From contig CAVYGN010000002.1 in the NCBI GenBank assembly GCA_963768055.1, forward strand, positions 1,696,001 to 1,760,000: a stretch of 64,000 bases of DNA, in the 5' to 3' direction. This DNA is from an uncultured Spirochaetota bacterium. Lineage in GTDB: Bacteria; Spirochaetota; Brevinematia; Brevinematales; JAOACQ01. Below are positions 20,001-27,543 of this stretch, piece after piece. The notes under the pieces were generated by a model. The model saw only the letters and a list, made by a program, of their open reading frames with translations. It was not told the DNA's origin and did no database searches. How positions within the stretch are numbered: position 1 is the first letter of the stretch; each line of letters starts with the position of its first letter. The translations under genes and the position numbers were made by a program.

Positions 20001-21814
20001 CCGGCCTCGACTGGAACAATATGACCCTGAACCCCAGCACATGGAATATGAAGGCCGGTTCCACGATCAATATGAACTGGGGAAACATACTTAACAATTC
20101 CCTGGTAGCTGGAGCCTCCGGCTTCGCTTCGGGGCTTGCGGGGTCTTTGCTCGGCGGACAGTACAACGCCGATATGGGAGGAATGGACTATAACGGACTT
20201 ATCGGGGGTGATGCTTACAATAATTTCGCAAATGTAATAGGATCGTTCGCAGGACAGGGCGCAAACTACGAACTGAACGGAAGCTTCAACATAGACCTCG
20301 GCGCGGGTATCGGCACAAGCTATGTTAATGGCAAAGGCTTCGTGCGCAATGACGGGACATCGGGAGTAAGCCTCATAAGCTGCCTGCAGGGATTTTCCGA
20401 CTTATCGAATTCATCGAACCTGCCGGCCTTGCCTGTAAATAACAATCAGGACGCAAGCACGACGCCGGAACTCCCGCAAGCCATATTGCCTAAGGATCCA
20501 TCCGACTATATTCCGGAAAGCGATATCGTCAATCCGAATGTTCCGGACAATTCATATAGCGGAGCGAATAATGCGGCCAATCCAAATCCGAATGCGTTTA
20601 CTCCTGCAACAGTAGCTTATAATGAAATAGGGCAGCAAGTTCCACTTACTGATACACAGAGTCCTGTAGTTCCCCAGACAGTAAACCCTTATGACCATAT
20701 TTCAGACGGGAATAATTCCGGTCCGATTTTACCATATCAGCAAGTAGCAGAGCAGGCGTATCTCAATCAAAGCGATGCGTACAAGACCCAGATTTCAGAC
20801 CTTCAGAATAACCTTGGCATAGTTACGAGTGCCGGTATCATCAATACAAGTTCGGCAGTGAGCGATCTGAAGAGCGATATTCACGTAACAGATAATGCAA
20901 TGCAGCAGAATTATTCGTCATATCTCGGCAATGCCGGGATTGATGTTTCAAGATTCACAAAAGATGCTAATGGAAATATAACGAGCAACATATCTAATAA
21001 TTCCAGTTTTGTCAGCCAGGTATATCAGGACCAGGTGGATCACTATAACCGTGTTATGGATGATGCGAAGGATAATGCGGTAGTGAATGGCATAAATAAC
21101 ACATATAATGCAATGCTTTCGGCAAACAATAACGCGAATATTGTACAGAATGTTGGTTTAGGAAATGCAGGAAATATTACTGATGTTATAAACTATCAAA
21201 ACGATATCAGAAGCAATAATATTTTAAATATGAACGGCAGCAATAATGGAAACATTGTCAGCGACAGCCTGCAAAACAAAGGAAATTATTTTATGGTCGG
21301 AGAACAGGGATTGGGTTTTGGAACGCCTGCAGGCAACTATGGCGATTCTTATAGCGACCGTATCAGTGTTTTCAAAATGGATGACGCCGGTAATATTGAC
21401 TTGAAAGAATTCAACCAGTCCAATCTGGAATCGACAAACGATAAATATGATAGTAAAACCAACACTTATGATCCGACTCAGCAGCAATATTCTGACACTG
21501 CCTCTGGTATATATAATCTTACTACATATCAATGGACGGGGGAAGGACATGATTCCCCAGGAATGCAATTCTGCTTCTTAATAAATGATAAAGGGCCTGT
21601 CTCTACCAGTGATGGAATGAATAACGTTGCCTATCCATGGCAAGGTCCTATTATATATGATTCGAGAGTGCATACAGGTGGAGTTTATTGGAATGGCAGT
21701 GAAGCATGTAGCACAATAAATCCTAACGATTATTATCAGTTGATGAGTATGTTTCAAAATTCAAATGGATCATATCAATATGGAAGTCAAGGCACATATT
21801 ATCTATTAAGATAA
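14027..21814 (+). CDS. giant secreted protein, putative polymorphic toxin with C-terminal L,D-transpeptidase-like domain
   Basis: 2595 aa; GAGG RBS; N-terminal signal/TM; Trp-periodic helical repeats; Gly-rich hydrophobic region; C-terminal VHTGG-x5-SEACSTI; reminiscent of the Leptospira TIGR04388-type large proteins (not verified). Confidence 0.7.
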   Translation: MKIKGLLNEKWGILLSLYLAIIFSFIPGILRPQEKFNSFDNKEMQSELIYGDNIKNDADWQNYSKGVEQKLEGDWETSALNELMQQLGLTEHEAMSNSDFITAKTNWEAQASNVIQQMYGSWLAQNKWNYAVNGSAIRQFIVQYVWEDQNDTSNITANILSMQTNVDAEWSNYLICYQAGLSDYLNYLETNTQNISSTAMENYLDAIQATAKAQMAAASDIGSEFIALEEGQYIKYMASFLAYQQFISNNSLITNGLQLSNNMVSYISNAADAASNVNSPLTIAENVIQSMDSNEAEIAGLLAMPTNFTDSPAVGISEWKSMVEQDYTAGISEWDAAIANLSNSMIIWENNAENGYTNGLTEWENSYFMLISAEMDFQSNVTADLTNSEAVWGSNISAQYDSLNLMIGTMTNLTARNIDNFNSYESGLMNVLVNGSYALNELNKSLDWISNTLSVDEISNNYYSNLYASDMAKSNLDESELSSSNTLLSLFNNCQSILEPLMVLTGTNRYFQGGEGGVEAVPAYSASTNIDGYTLTYSGDSYNNSYTVNGNEIYYTANGFSFENSEPVMIIKSYINSIQSDLNSIQNAIQTNKWYYRHYSSEIGSLNNVLGECGTNLGAVIGNAAADLNSELYSGDPGAGVLANALSNTADIYLMNSAEMDYASQQDQVNYLKQNLGIAQAVMDYAVSNSGGGDILSASNTYEAAVSNYDVSTNELEAEQAAADSADVAMTNYMENINAAQTNMIADQSNCGIAQSNYNAFVTIQTNLDYFTSKEYSNLINSNENAQNILSNDSIAYYSCLAYYTGLVKDYYNALEQESFTNSLAMSNYITVREDLGILEWALMPGMLGIDNTSNAYVSVANYINPVSDYSNALQLYDTAENGLARTSNLIIAEETLPANMQSEVNNFIGDYSDYSKLMNFAQSFMNQEQTVYQSLEGAKSTYDRDATNSFGLSADDIASDPVYADVVKKMSAGAYTPADIITMLNNEIGVTGANSDISQDELNITRTTILDDFYKYVNTPEESLYELAFGIRSYDYFTNIAGANLTAFDNLVHTTFLSGRVDNSLLNPGAYVDVQGYIDGLTALLSTPGLDPNMSNVINNLANVLAPEGSYFQLSRGYIPAITNVNITPANTNWPQEAPQPIITPAVTNITISRLGGYYADDTFYNVNTNNGREKISDLFKGFIETNNSVTYSWATVNPNNYFDYNGYYGNWSYYNSVLLGIEKNEETTIVMPLMSTMTNNLAGVMSDWNDYSNKNAGFAQYTVSGMGHFVNSSGGIDVTAGNNGFLKSFKNSLSRVSNFSIAQSWLANTGVFNAEEAYIADNLSLGNAGTNDIGRILEVFENAFKLYINSEQSNIQNDPAFTTNNDMKLFITTMLSGAYSNAVFRASDEAQPSFVDAAENAGSLAPEAFDIAFQQQETLQVDKWAYILTNMQDQANSEAEMWVNIYSAGTEQWNGVINQYTNAMSDWQSSYLQAWNNGNQEWNDQMNGLTGDKAAWMNEAINAVSNGSSDYILDQLMQSIDQRTSQFLSGGLPEDVASAVKNEALDLENELMPKTSEEYLSFFNNAVSQSRETDVKFVLDGIAGYTGNDNETLAQFNNDMTAFKNSQLAIEAIKMRDQFVTTIQQYVDQMNNTLASDDQNERSSEFYPMISAKGWTLDGSDWVKRGVIVHSTMLGGNQLEDFSFADYQSFTNRLNFINYAPSNVISEINGEQTEYNLLLAMEESDIQGDMSNTMDAFDKHIGSSYTYTSKPDIYSDGTYDSQGELYRTSWATTYYGYLQTEGLSESEKPFWDQNLAPGIDISFYSLNEIGLAIALNFIPGMGTVASAAILAGMAMTHDIVDAAAELGTVNQVSNSQLGIDLLKDTISGVTTMATAGIGSAALGVVGSAVLSTGVQDLSGLAEEGLHVNSSGDIDWSMTSSQWGSWGMSSLGDLAGSVAGAGLGSAFGGFAQDATGFMGDDLSSAFGNGIQNFTTSFFTNTFSTLGSNLGAGLDWNNMTLNPSTWNMKAGSTINMNWGNILNNSLVAGASGFASGLAGSLLGGQYNADMGGMDYNGLIGGDAYNNFANVIGSFAGQGANYELNGSFNIDLGAGIGTSYVNGKGFVRNDGTSGVSLISCLQGFSDLSNSSNLPALPVNNNQDASTTPELPQAILPKDPSDYIPESDIVNPNVPDNSYSGANNAANPNPNAFTPATVAYNEIGQQVPLTDTQSPVVPQTVNPYDHISDGNNSGPILPYQQVAEQAYLNQSDAYKTQISDLQNNLGIVTSAGIINTSSAVSDLKSDIHVTDNAMQQNYSSYLGNAGIDVSRFTKDANGNITSNISNNSSFVSQVYQDQVDHYNRVMDDAKDNAVVNGINNTYNAMLSANNNANIVQNVGLGNAGNITDVINYQNDIRSNNILNMNGSNNGNIVSDSLQNKGNYFMVGEQGLGFGTPAGNYGDSYSDRISVFKMDDAGNIDLKEFNQSNLESTNDKYDSKTNTYDPTQQQYSDTASGIYNLTTYQWTGEGHDSPGMQFCFLINDKGPVSTSDGMNNVAYPWQGPIIYDSRVHTGGVYWNGSEACSTINPNDYYQLMSMFQNSNGSYQYGSQGTYYLLR
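20273..20518 (+). repeat. 246-bp direct repeat, copy 1 (pre-toxin homology block)
   Basis: Identical to 23570-23815 except for 2 substitutions. Confidence 0.95.
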
Positions 21815-22896
21815 TGGATTGTAATATGAAAAATATGGTAATTATAATTATTTTCACAATAATAAGTTTTAAACTTTATGCTGCTTCAATAGAAATTGCT
21901 GGAGACGATATTTTTCACCATGATATTTTTACAAAAACTATTATTGATCCTGATAATGGTGATCCCATTGAATATAATATATTTAATTTCTTCGATAATA
22001 ATCAGAAAACTGCAGTAGTTATAAATGCTAAATTTAGGCAAAATGATGATATATTTAAATATCCATTTTTTAGAATAAGCTTAAAAAAACAATATAATAT
22101 TGATAAATTAGTGTTCTATAATGGTTTCCAAATAAATGATGATTTATATAATAAAAATAGCAGGGTAAAAGAGATTCAAATTACATTTTTTCTTGAAAAT
22201 AAAATTTTTGTAAATGAAGGGGAAATTTATAATGATGTAATCATTGATGAAAAAGGGAGAAAGCAAAAAATTGTAATTGAATGGACAAATATTATAACGA
22301 CGAACTGTATTTTGCTTGATACAAAAGGAAAACAAATAATTGAATTTCCTGAAGTTAACGCAAATAATTTAAAAATCGATGTATTAACCTACTATTCAGG
22401 CACTCAGTATGATGATATCTGTATAAGCAAGCTTGAGTTCTGGTACAGGGGCGAGAAGTACCAAGTGACTAATCTTAAGGAAGCAAAGAAAGAATATGTT
22501 AAATTGTATATTGCACATGTTCTTAATTCATTGGAACCGGGTGTATTTTTGCATGATATGGAAGAAAATAATTATAACAGACTTATCAAGATAGCAGGGT
22601 GGAAATATGAACAATCTGAAAGCAGGCAGGTTGGAATATTTTTTGAAAAATCTGGAGAAATAAAAATCCATCGATTTTTGCTATCATCCGTCAAAGATCG
22701 TGATTTATTCCCAACTAAAATCATCGGAAAATGGAAATTCGATAATGAAGGAAGACTATTCATTATGATAGGTAATGGGCAATTTAAATTGTCGCAAGGG
22801 AAAAGTATTTTTACAAGTTCATCTACGGAAAAAGGGCCGTATTTTGTTGGAACTGATCTTGAATTTGAAGGTATTATGGAACCATCGAGACCTTAG
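21814..22896 (+). CDS. putative immunity protein 1 (exported; discoidin/NADase-type glycan-binding-like domain)
   Basis: TAATG stop/start overlap with the giant gene; signal peptide; YNGFQ..Y.KNSR.K and YDDICISKLEFW motifs; very AT-rich. Confidence 0.65.
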   Translation: MDCNMKNMVIIIIFTIISFKLYAASIEIAGDDIFHHDIFTKTIIDPDNGDPIEYNIFNFFDNNQKTAVVINAKFRQNDDIFKYPFFRISLKKQYNIDKLVFYNGFQINDDLYNKNSRVKEIQITFFLENKIFVNEGEIYNDVIIDEKGRKQKIVIEWTNIITTNCILLDTKGKQIIEFPEVNANNLKIDVLTYYSGTQYDDICISKLEFWYRGEKYQVTNLKEAKKEYVKLYIAHVLNSLEPGVFLHDMEENNYNRLIKIAGWKYEQSESRQVGIFFEKSGEIKIHRFLLSSVKDRDLFPTKIIGKWKFDNEGRLFIMIGNGQFKLSQGKSIFTSSSTEKGPYFVGTDLEFEGIMEPSRP

Positions 22897-22926
22897 ATAC
22901 ATATAAATCAACAAAGAGGCTAACTA

Positions 22927-23229
22927 ATGGACAACAAAAACAAGCCATCCGGCGTTCCCGTTAAATTCCAGGACACCGCGAATAAAGTAGCATACTCCAA
23001 CTTCGCTCTGATCAACAACTCGTCGGAGGAGTTCCTGCTGGACTTCGGCAATATCACCCCCGGCAAGGAGGGAGTGGAGGTATTCAGCAGGATAGCGCTC
23101 TCCCCCCGCAACGCGAAGCTGTTCCTGAGCGGGCTTATGGAGCGTGTGAAGAAGTTTGAAGAACAGTTTGGCCCGATCAAGCCGCCAGAGGCGGTGGAGG
23201 TAGAGGCGATGAACGGGAGAGATAAGTGA
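22927..23229 (+). CDS. DUF3467 family protein, copy 1
   Basis: AYSNFALINNSSEEFLLDFG..SRIALSP.NAK.....L...V.KFE..FG.I signature. Confidence 0.8.
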   Translation: MDNKNKPSGVPVKFQDTANKVAYSNFALINNSSEEFLLDFGNITPGKEGVEVFSRIALSPRNAKLFLSGLMERVKKFEEQFGPIKPPEAVEVEAMNGRDK

Positions 23230-23550
23230 CGATTAACGATTGTCGAATGACGATTGAAACCAGGTAATAGTAAAGATTATGATTATAGAACAAAGGTTAG
23301 CGAACAACCCCCGCCTGCGAGGGAAGCGCCCGGGGGTTGATCCTTGTAAAGCAGGCCGTCCGCGAAAAACGGCGGTAAGCCCTGCCCCTTATCGATATCT
23401 GTTTTTTTATAAAAGAATTCGTTCGCTTAAATTAAAAACCTTAAGGGGCGGGACAGCCGTTTTGAGCGGTTGCAGTTCATGCTTCCCGAGCCCAGCGGGG
23501 GCGGTTTCTTTCGGTTCGCTTTCTTTGCCGGCCAAAGAAAGCGAACAGGG
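23227..23550. repeat. structured non-coding repeat element, copy 1
   Basis: Heptamer repeats, nested inverted repeats and terminal 14-bp hairpin GTTCGCTTTCTTTG/CAAAGAAAGCGAAC; second copy at 27901-28248. Confidence 0.8.
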
Positions 23551-23569
23551 GGCCAGGCATATCTCCGCC

Positions 23570-23815
23570 CTGAACGGAAGCTTCAACATAGACCTCGGCG
23601 CGGGTATCGGCACAAGCTATGTTAATGGCAAAGGCTTCGTGCGCAATGACGGGACATCGGGAGTAAGCCTCAGAAGCTGCCTGCAGGGATTTTCCGATTT
23701 ATCGAATTCATCGAACCTGCCGGCCTTGCCTGTAAATAACAATCAGGACGCAAGCACGACGCCGGAACTCCCGCAAGCCATATTGCCTAAGGATCCATCC
23801 GACTATATTCCGGAA
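23570..23815 (+). repeat. 246-bp direct repeat, copy 2
   Basis: Matches 20273-20518 with 2 mismatches. Confidence 0.95.
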
Positions 23816-25084
23816 GACGATGTTGTTAATACGAATCCTTCAAATAATACTTGGGCTGACCCTGGGCTTGCCGCTTCAAACGTAGTGAATAATGTGACCA
23901 ATCCGGCTCCGAATGTATTTAATCCTGCTAATGTGGCTTATAATGAAATAGGACAGCAAGTTCCACTTACTGATATGCAAAATTCTTCGTTATCGCAGAA
24001 AGTAGACCCGAATGATCATATTTCTATTGGCAGTGCCGCTCTTCAGGATTTGCTTTACAAAAATGGGGAATACAGCAATCAGCTCAAAACACTTCAGAAT
24101 GATATGAGTACTGTTCAGGGTGTTGGGTTAAATAATGCTAGTTCTATTGTTGGAGACCTCAAAAATGATTTTAAATCAACAGACAGCTTAATGCAACAGA
24201 ATTATACATCTTATCTGAGTGATAACAATATTAATGTATCAACATTCAAAGTCAATTCAGATGGCAGCGTGTCCAGCAATATATCGAATAATTCTTATGT
24301 CAACAATCAACTTTATCAGGAACAAAAAGATCATTACACTAATATCGCAAACGAAATGAATAATAGTTATCAAACTAATGAAATAAATAACACGATTAAT
24401 ACGCTTCAAAGTGTCGGGTTAAACAACTCGGCGGCACCGAGTATCGATCCGGCGATCTCAGATATGAAGGACCAGATAACTATAATAAATAACAGCTATA
24501 ATAAAAATATTCTTAGTAATGGTCTGAATAATAATAACAGATATGATTTTATAGGGGAAGAAGGACGCGGAAACTATCAGCAAACAGGTCCTGATTATTA
24601 CGGCGACAGAATTACTGTACTTCAGAAAGATGCGAGCGGTAATATCAATTTCGATGAGTTCAACAGATCCAACCTTGAATCGACTAATGATCCCTCATTA
24701 GACAGAAAAGACTATGATCCAGCAAAAGGCGGATTTCAATCAACTGCAGCTGGTATATATTCGCTTACAGCAAGCGGCGATACATCTAATCTTAACTCAC
24801 AAGATATACCATTAATATTTAGCGTAAATGACGGGCAAAACATACCGACAGAGGGAAATCAAAATAACGCATATAACTATAATACGCCTTACATGAACCA
24901 GATTCTTGTTCATGAAGGCGGCGACAACTATAACTGGAGCGCGGGATGCTCTACGATATATATTGATGATTACCCAGCATTAGCGAACTTATTTGGGAAT
25001 TATAATTCGCAGACAAAGAAATTTATACCTTATGCAGGAAGTTATTCGGCAATAGGAAGCGGTACATATTATCTTTACAGGTAA
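23570..25084 (+). pseudogene. orphan alternative C-terminus cassette of the giant protein
   Basis: Begins with the 246-bp repeat in the same reading frame; then a divergent but homologous CT with VHEGG-x5-SAGCSTI and terminal GTYYLYR; no signal peptide; the ORF-track start at 23279 lies inside the structured element. Confidence 0.75.
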
Positions 25085-25093
25085 AAGAAGGTT

Positions 25094-26053
25094 ATGAAAG
25101 TTAAAATTATGATAATTCTCAGTCTACTAATAATCTATTCATGTATAAATGCATCAAAAATTGAATTAGATGGAATAGAGAGGGGGAAACTTGGACTTAT
25201 TTATACAATATTTGGTGAAGATAATAGCCCCCTAAAATATAATGAATTTAATTTATTGGATAAGAATTTGAAAACAGCTTCTGCTATCAGCAAAAGTAAT
25301 TGTTCACCTGAAGATTCAATACCATGGTTCAATATATTTTTTAAAAAAGAATTCCCTGTTGATAAAATTGTAATCTATAATGGATTTCAATTGAATATGA
25401 CAGTTTATCAATTAAATGACAGACCCAATGAAGTAAAAATCGATTCACAAAATGAGAGTGATGATTCCACAAATTATTCATTTGTTACAAACATTCAACT
25501 ATTAGATATTACTAATAGTCAGGAACTTTTATTAAATAAAGAAATTAGAATAAAAAATTTTGGTATAGGTGTCCTTTCCACCTATCCAGGTACAAAGTAC
25601 GACGACATCTGTTTAAGCAAGCTTGAATTCTGGTACAAGGGCGAGAAGTATAATGTTGCAAATCTTGAAGAAGCCAAGAAAGAATATATTAAGACATACA
25701 TCCAGAGATGCCTTCATTGGATATTATCATATTATTATATAAACTCTATCAATCCTGAAGGGATGGATAAATTAGATAAACTTGCGGGAATAAAGAAAAC
25801 GGTAGAATTAGGATATGACACATGTATAAATTTTGAAAAGAGCGGAGATATCAAAGTGATACCGGCACTGGAAGATAATAAGGTAAGGGTACATGTCGGC
25901 AGCTGGAAATTCGACGATGAAGGAAGGCTATGGATTAAATTAGACAATGGCGACTGGAAGGTATCAAAAAGTTCCGAATCGAATGTTAATTTTGGCAAAA
26001 GACATTTTATCGGGACCGATCTCGATTGTGTTATTGCAGGTTGGGGTGGGTGA
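25094..26053 (+). CDS. putative immunity protein 2, paralog of 21814-22896
   Basis: Signal peptide; YNGFQ, YDDICLSKLEFWYKGEKY, G.WKFD.EGRL, F.GTDL shared with paralog; starts 10 bp after the orphan CT stop. Confidence 0.65.
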   Translation: MKVKIMIILSLLIIYSCINASKIELDGIERGKLGLIYTIFGEDNSPLKYNEFNLLDKNLKTASAISKSNCSPEDSIPWFNIFFKKEFPVDKIVIYNGFQLNMTVYQLNDRPNEVKIDSQNESDDSTNYSFVTNIQLLDITNSQELLLNKEIRIKNFGIGVLSTYPGTKYDDICLSKLEFWYKGEKYNVANLEEAKKEYIKTYIQRCLHWILSYYYINSINPEGMDKLDKLAGIKKTVELGYDTCINFEKSGDIKVIPALEDNKVRVHVGSWKFDDEGRLWIKLDNGDWKVSKSSESNVNFGKRHFIGTDLDCVIAGWGG

Positions 26054-26115
26054 TATTGATGATATTTAGAAAATTACTTTTATTAAAAAATAATAATCGA
26101 GCAAGAGGCTAACTA

Positions 26116-26478
26116 ATGGACAACAAAAACAACACCAAACCATCGGGCGTTCCTGTCAAATTCCAGGACACCGCCAATAAAGTAGCATACTCCAACTTTG
26201 CGCTGATCAACAATTCGTCCGAAGAGTTCCTGCTGGACTTCGGAACGATCACGCCCGGAAGGGAAGGGGTTGAGGTGTTTGGCAGGATAGCGCTTTCTCC
26301 CCGCAACGCGAAGCTGTTCCTCCAGGGTCTGGCTGAAAGAGTAAAAAAGTTTGAAGAACAATATGGCCCGATCAAGCCGCCGGAGGCGGTGGAGGTGCTT
26401 GTCCTGAATTCCCGCCAGAATTCAGGGCTTGCGCCTGTGGTGGAGGCGATTAACAAGGGAGAGCATCATCTAAAATAA
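26116..26478 (+). CDS. DUF3467 family protein, copy 2 (15-aa in-frame hairpin insertion)
   Basis: Near-identical to copy 1; extra LVLNSRQNSGLAPVV encoded by 26398-26442. Confidence 0.8.
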   Translation: MDNKNNTKPSGVPVKFQDTANKVAYSNFALINNSSEEFLLDFGTITPGREGVEVFGRIALSPRNAKLFLQGLAERVKKFEEQYGPIKPPEAVEVLVLNSRQNSGLAPVVEAINKGEHHLK

Positions 26479-26523
26479 ATTTAAAATAAGTCCAAAGAAA
26501 ATATAATTTATGGAGGTTTTTGC

Positions 26524-27543
26524 ATGAAAATAAGATTAACCAATCTATTGCTTGCTTTAATATTGTTCGGTGGAGCTATTTTAACAGTTTTATCTGTTTT
26601 ATCCGGAGCAGTTTTAACTGGTTGTTCGCTTTTCAATTCATCAAGTTCTTCATCTGCGACATCGACTGCCTCATCGTCTGGTCCTACTGTATATACTGCC
26701 GGGCAGGACAGTAGCGGTAACGCATGTTACTGGACAGGAACTACCGAAACACAGTTTACATCTTCTGGAAACGGAGCAAAAGCTTACTCTATCTTTGTAT
26801 ATAATGGAACTGTATATACTGCCGGGCAGGACGGCAGTGGTTACGCATGCTGTTGGGTAGGGTTTACCGAAACACAGTTGACATTTGCTGGACATGGAGC
26901 AATTATACACTCTATCTTTGTATATAATGGGAATGTTTATGCTGCCGGGCAGGACAGTTCCGGTCATGCCTGTTACTGGGGGCCAGGATGGTCACAGAAT
27001 ACTCTCAATTCAGGCAGCAGTGTTGCCGATGCAATTTTTGTTTCTGATGGAACAGTATATACCGCCGGATTTGTTACCGGTGCTAATGTTTGCTACTGGA
27101 CGGGAACTTCCGAAACACCTTTAACAGCCGGTAGCGGTGCTGCTACGTCGATCTTTGTTTATAATGGAACAATTTATACTTCAGGTAATGATATTAGCCT
27201 AAATGAGTGCTATTGGACAGGAACAACAGAAACCCCTTTGCCCGGTGGAAGCTATAGTGGCGGGAGTTATTATCCATGGGCAGGGGCGATCTTTGTATAT
27301 AATGGAATTGTTTATATTGCTGGGCGGGACAGCAGCAGGAACGCTTGTTACTGGACAGGAACTTCAGAAACACAGTTGACAACGGCTGGCGGCAGCGCTT
27401 TTGCAGACTCAATCTATGTATACAATGGAACTGTATATACTGCCGGGCAGGACAGCAGTGGTAACGAATGTTACTGGACAGGAACTAATGAGACTAAGCT
27501 ATTAAGCGGAGCATCTGTAAATTCAATCTTTGTAGTACCCTAA
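26524..27543 (+). CDS. beta-propeller repeat lipoprotein
   Basis: LTGC lipobox, poly-Ser linker, seven ~41-aa repeats SIFVYNGTVYTAGQDSSGNACYWTGTTETQL. Confidence 0.8.
   Translation: MKIRLTNLLLALILFGGAILTVLSVLSGAVLTGCSLFNSSSSSSATSTASSSGPTVYTAGQDSSGNACYWTGTTETQFTSSGNGAKAYSIFVYNGTVYTAGQDGSGYACCWVGFTETQLTFAGHGAIIHSIFVYNGNVYAAGQDSSGHACYWGPGWSQNTLNSGSSVADAIFVSDGTVYTAGFVTGANVCYWTGTSETPLTAGSGAATSIFVYNGTIYTSGNDISLNECYWTGTTETPLPGGSYSGGSYYPWAGAIFVYNGIVYIAGRDSSRNACYWTGTSETQLTTAGGSAFADSIYVYNGTVYTAGQDSSGNECYWTGTNETKLLSGASVNSIFVVP

Noticed and set aside
14027..21814. Rhs/YD, RTX, filamentous haemagglutinin or intein (HINT) assignment; classical type I secretion
   Set aside because: No YD repeats, GGxGxD nonapeptides, TPS domain or recognisable HINT motifs; the transporter genes are RND, not ABC.
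23514..23546. Rho-independent terminator call for the 14-bp hairpin (also 28212-28244)
   Set aside because: The T-rich tract is 5' of the stem on the plus strand and no U-run follows on either strand.
23279..23569. N-terminal 97 codons of the 601-aa ORF (MIIEQRLANNP...) as a real protein start
   Set aside because: Runs through the palindromic element, has no clear RBS or signal peptide and shows shadow-ORF composition. The frame is open in both copies, so low-level translation cannot be fully excluded.
20273..23815. Diversity-generating retroelement TR/VR pair
   Set aside because: Only 2 differences (T/G and C/T on the coding strand), not an adenine-specific pattern; no reverse transcriptase in the window.
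26680..27543. CRISPR array
   Set aside because: Repeats are ~120-nt degenerate in-frame coding units, not constant repeats with unique spacers; no cas genes in the window.
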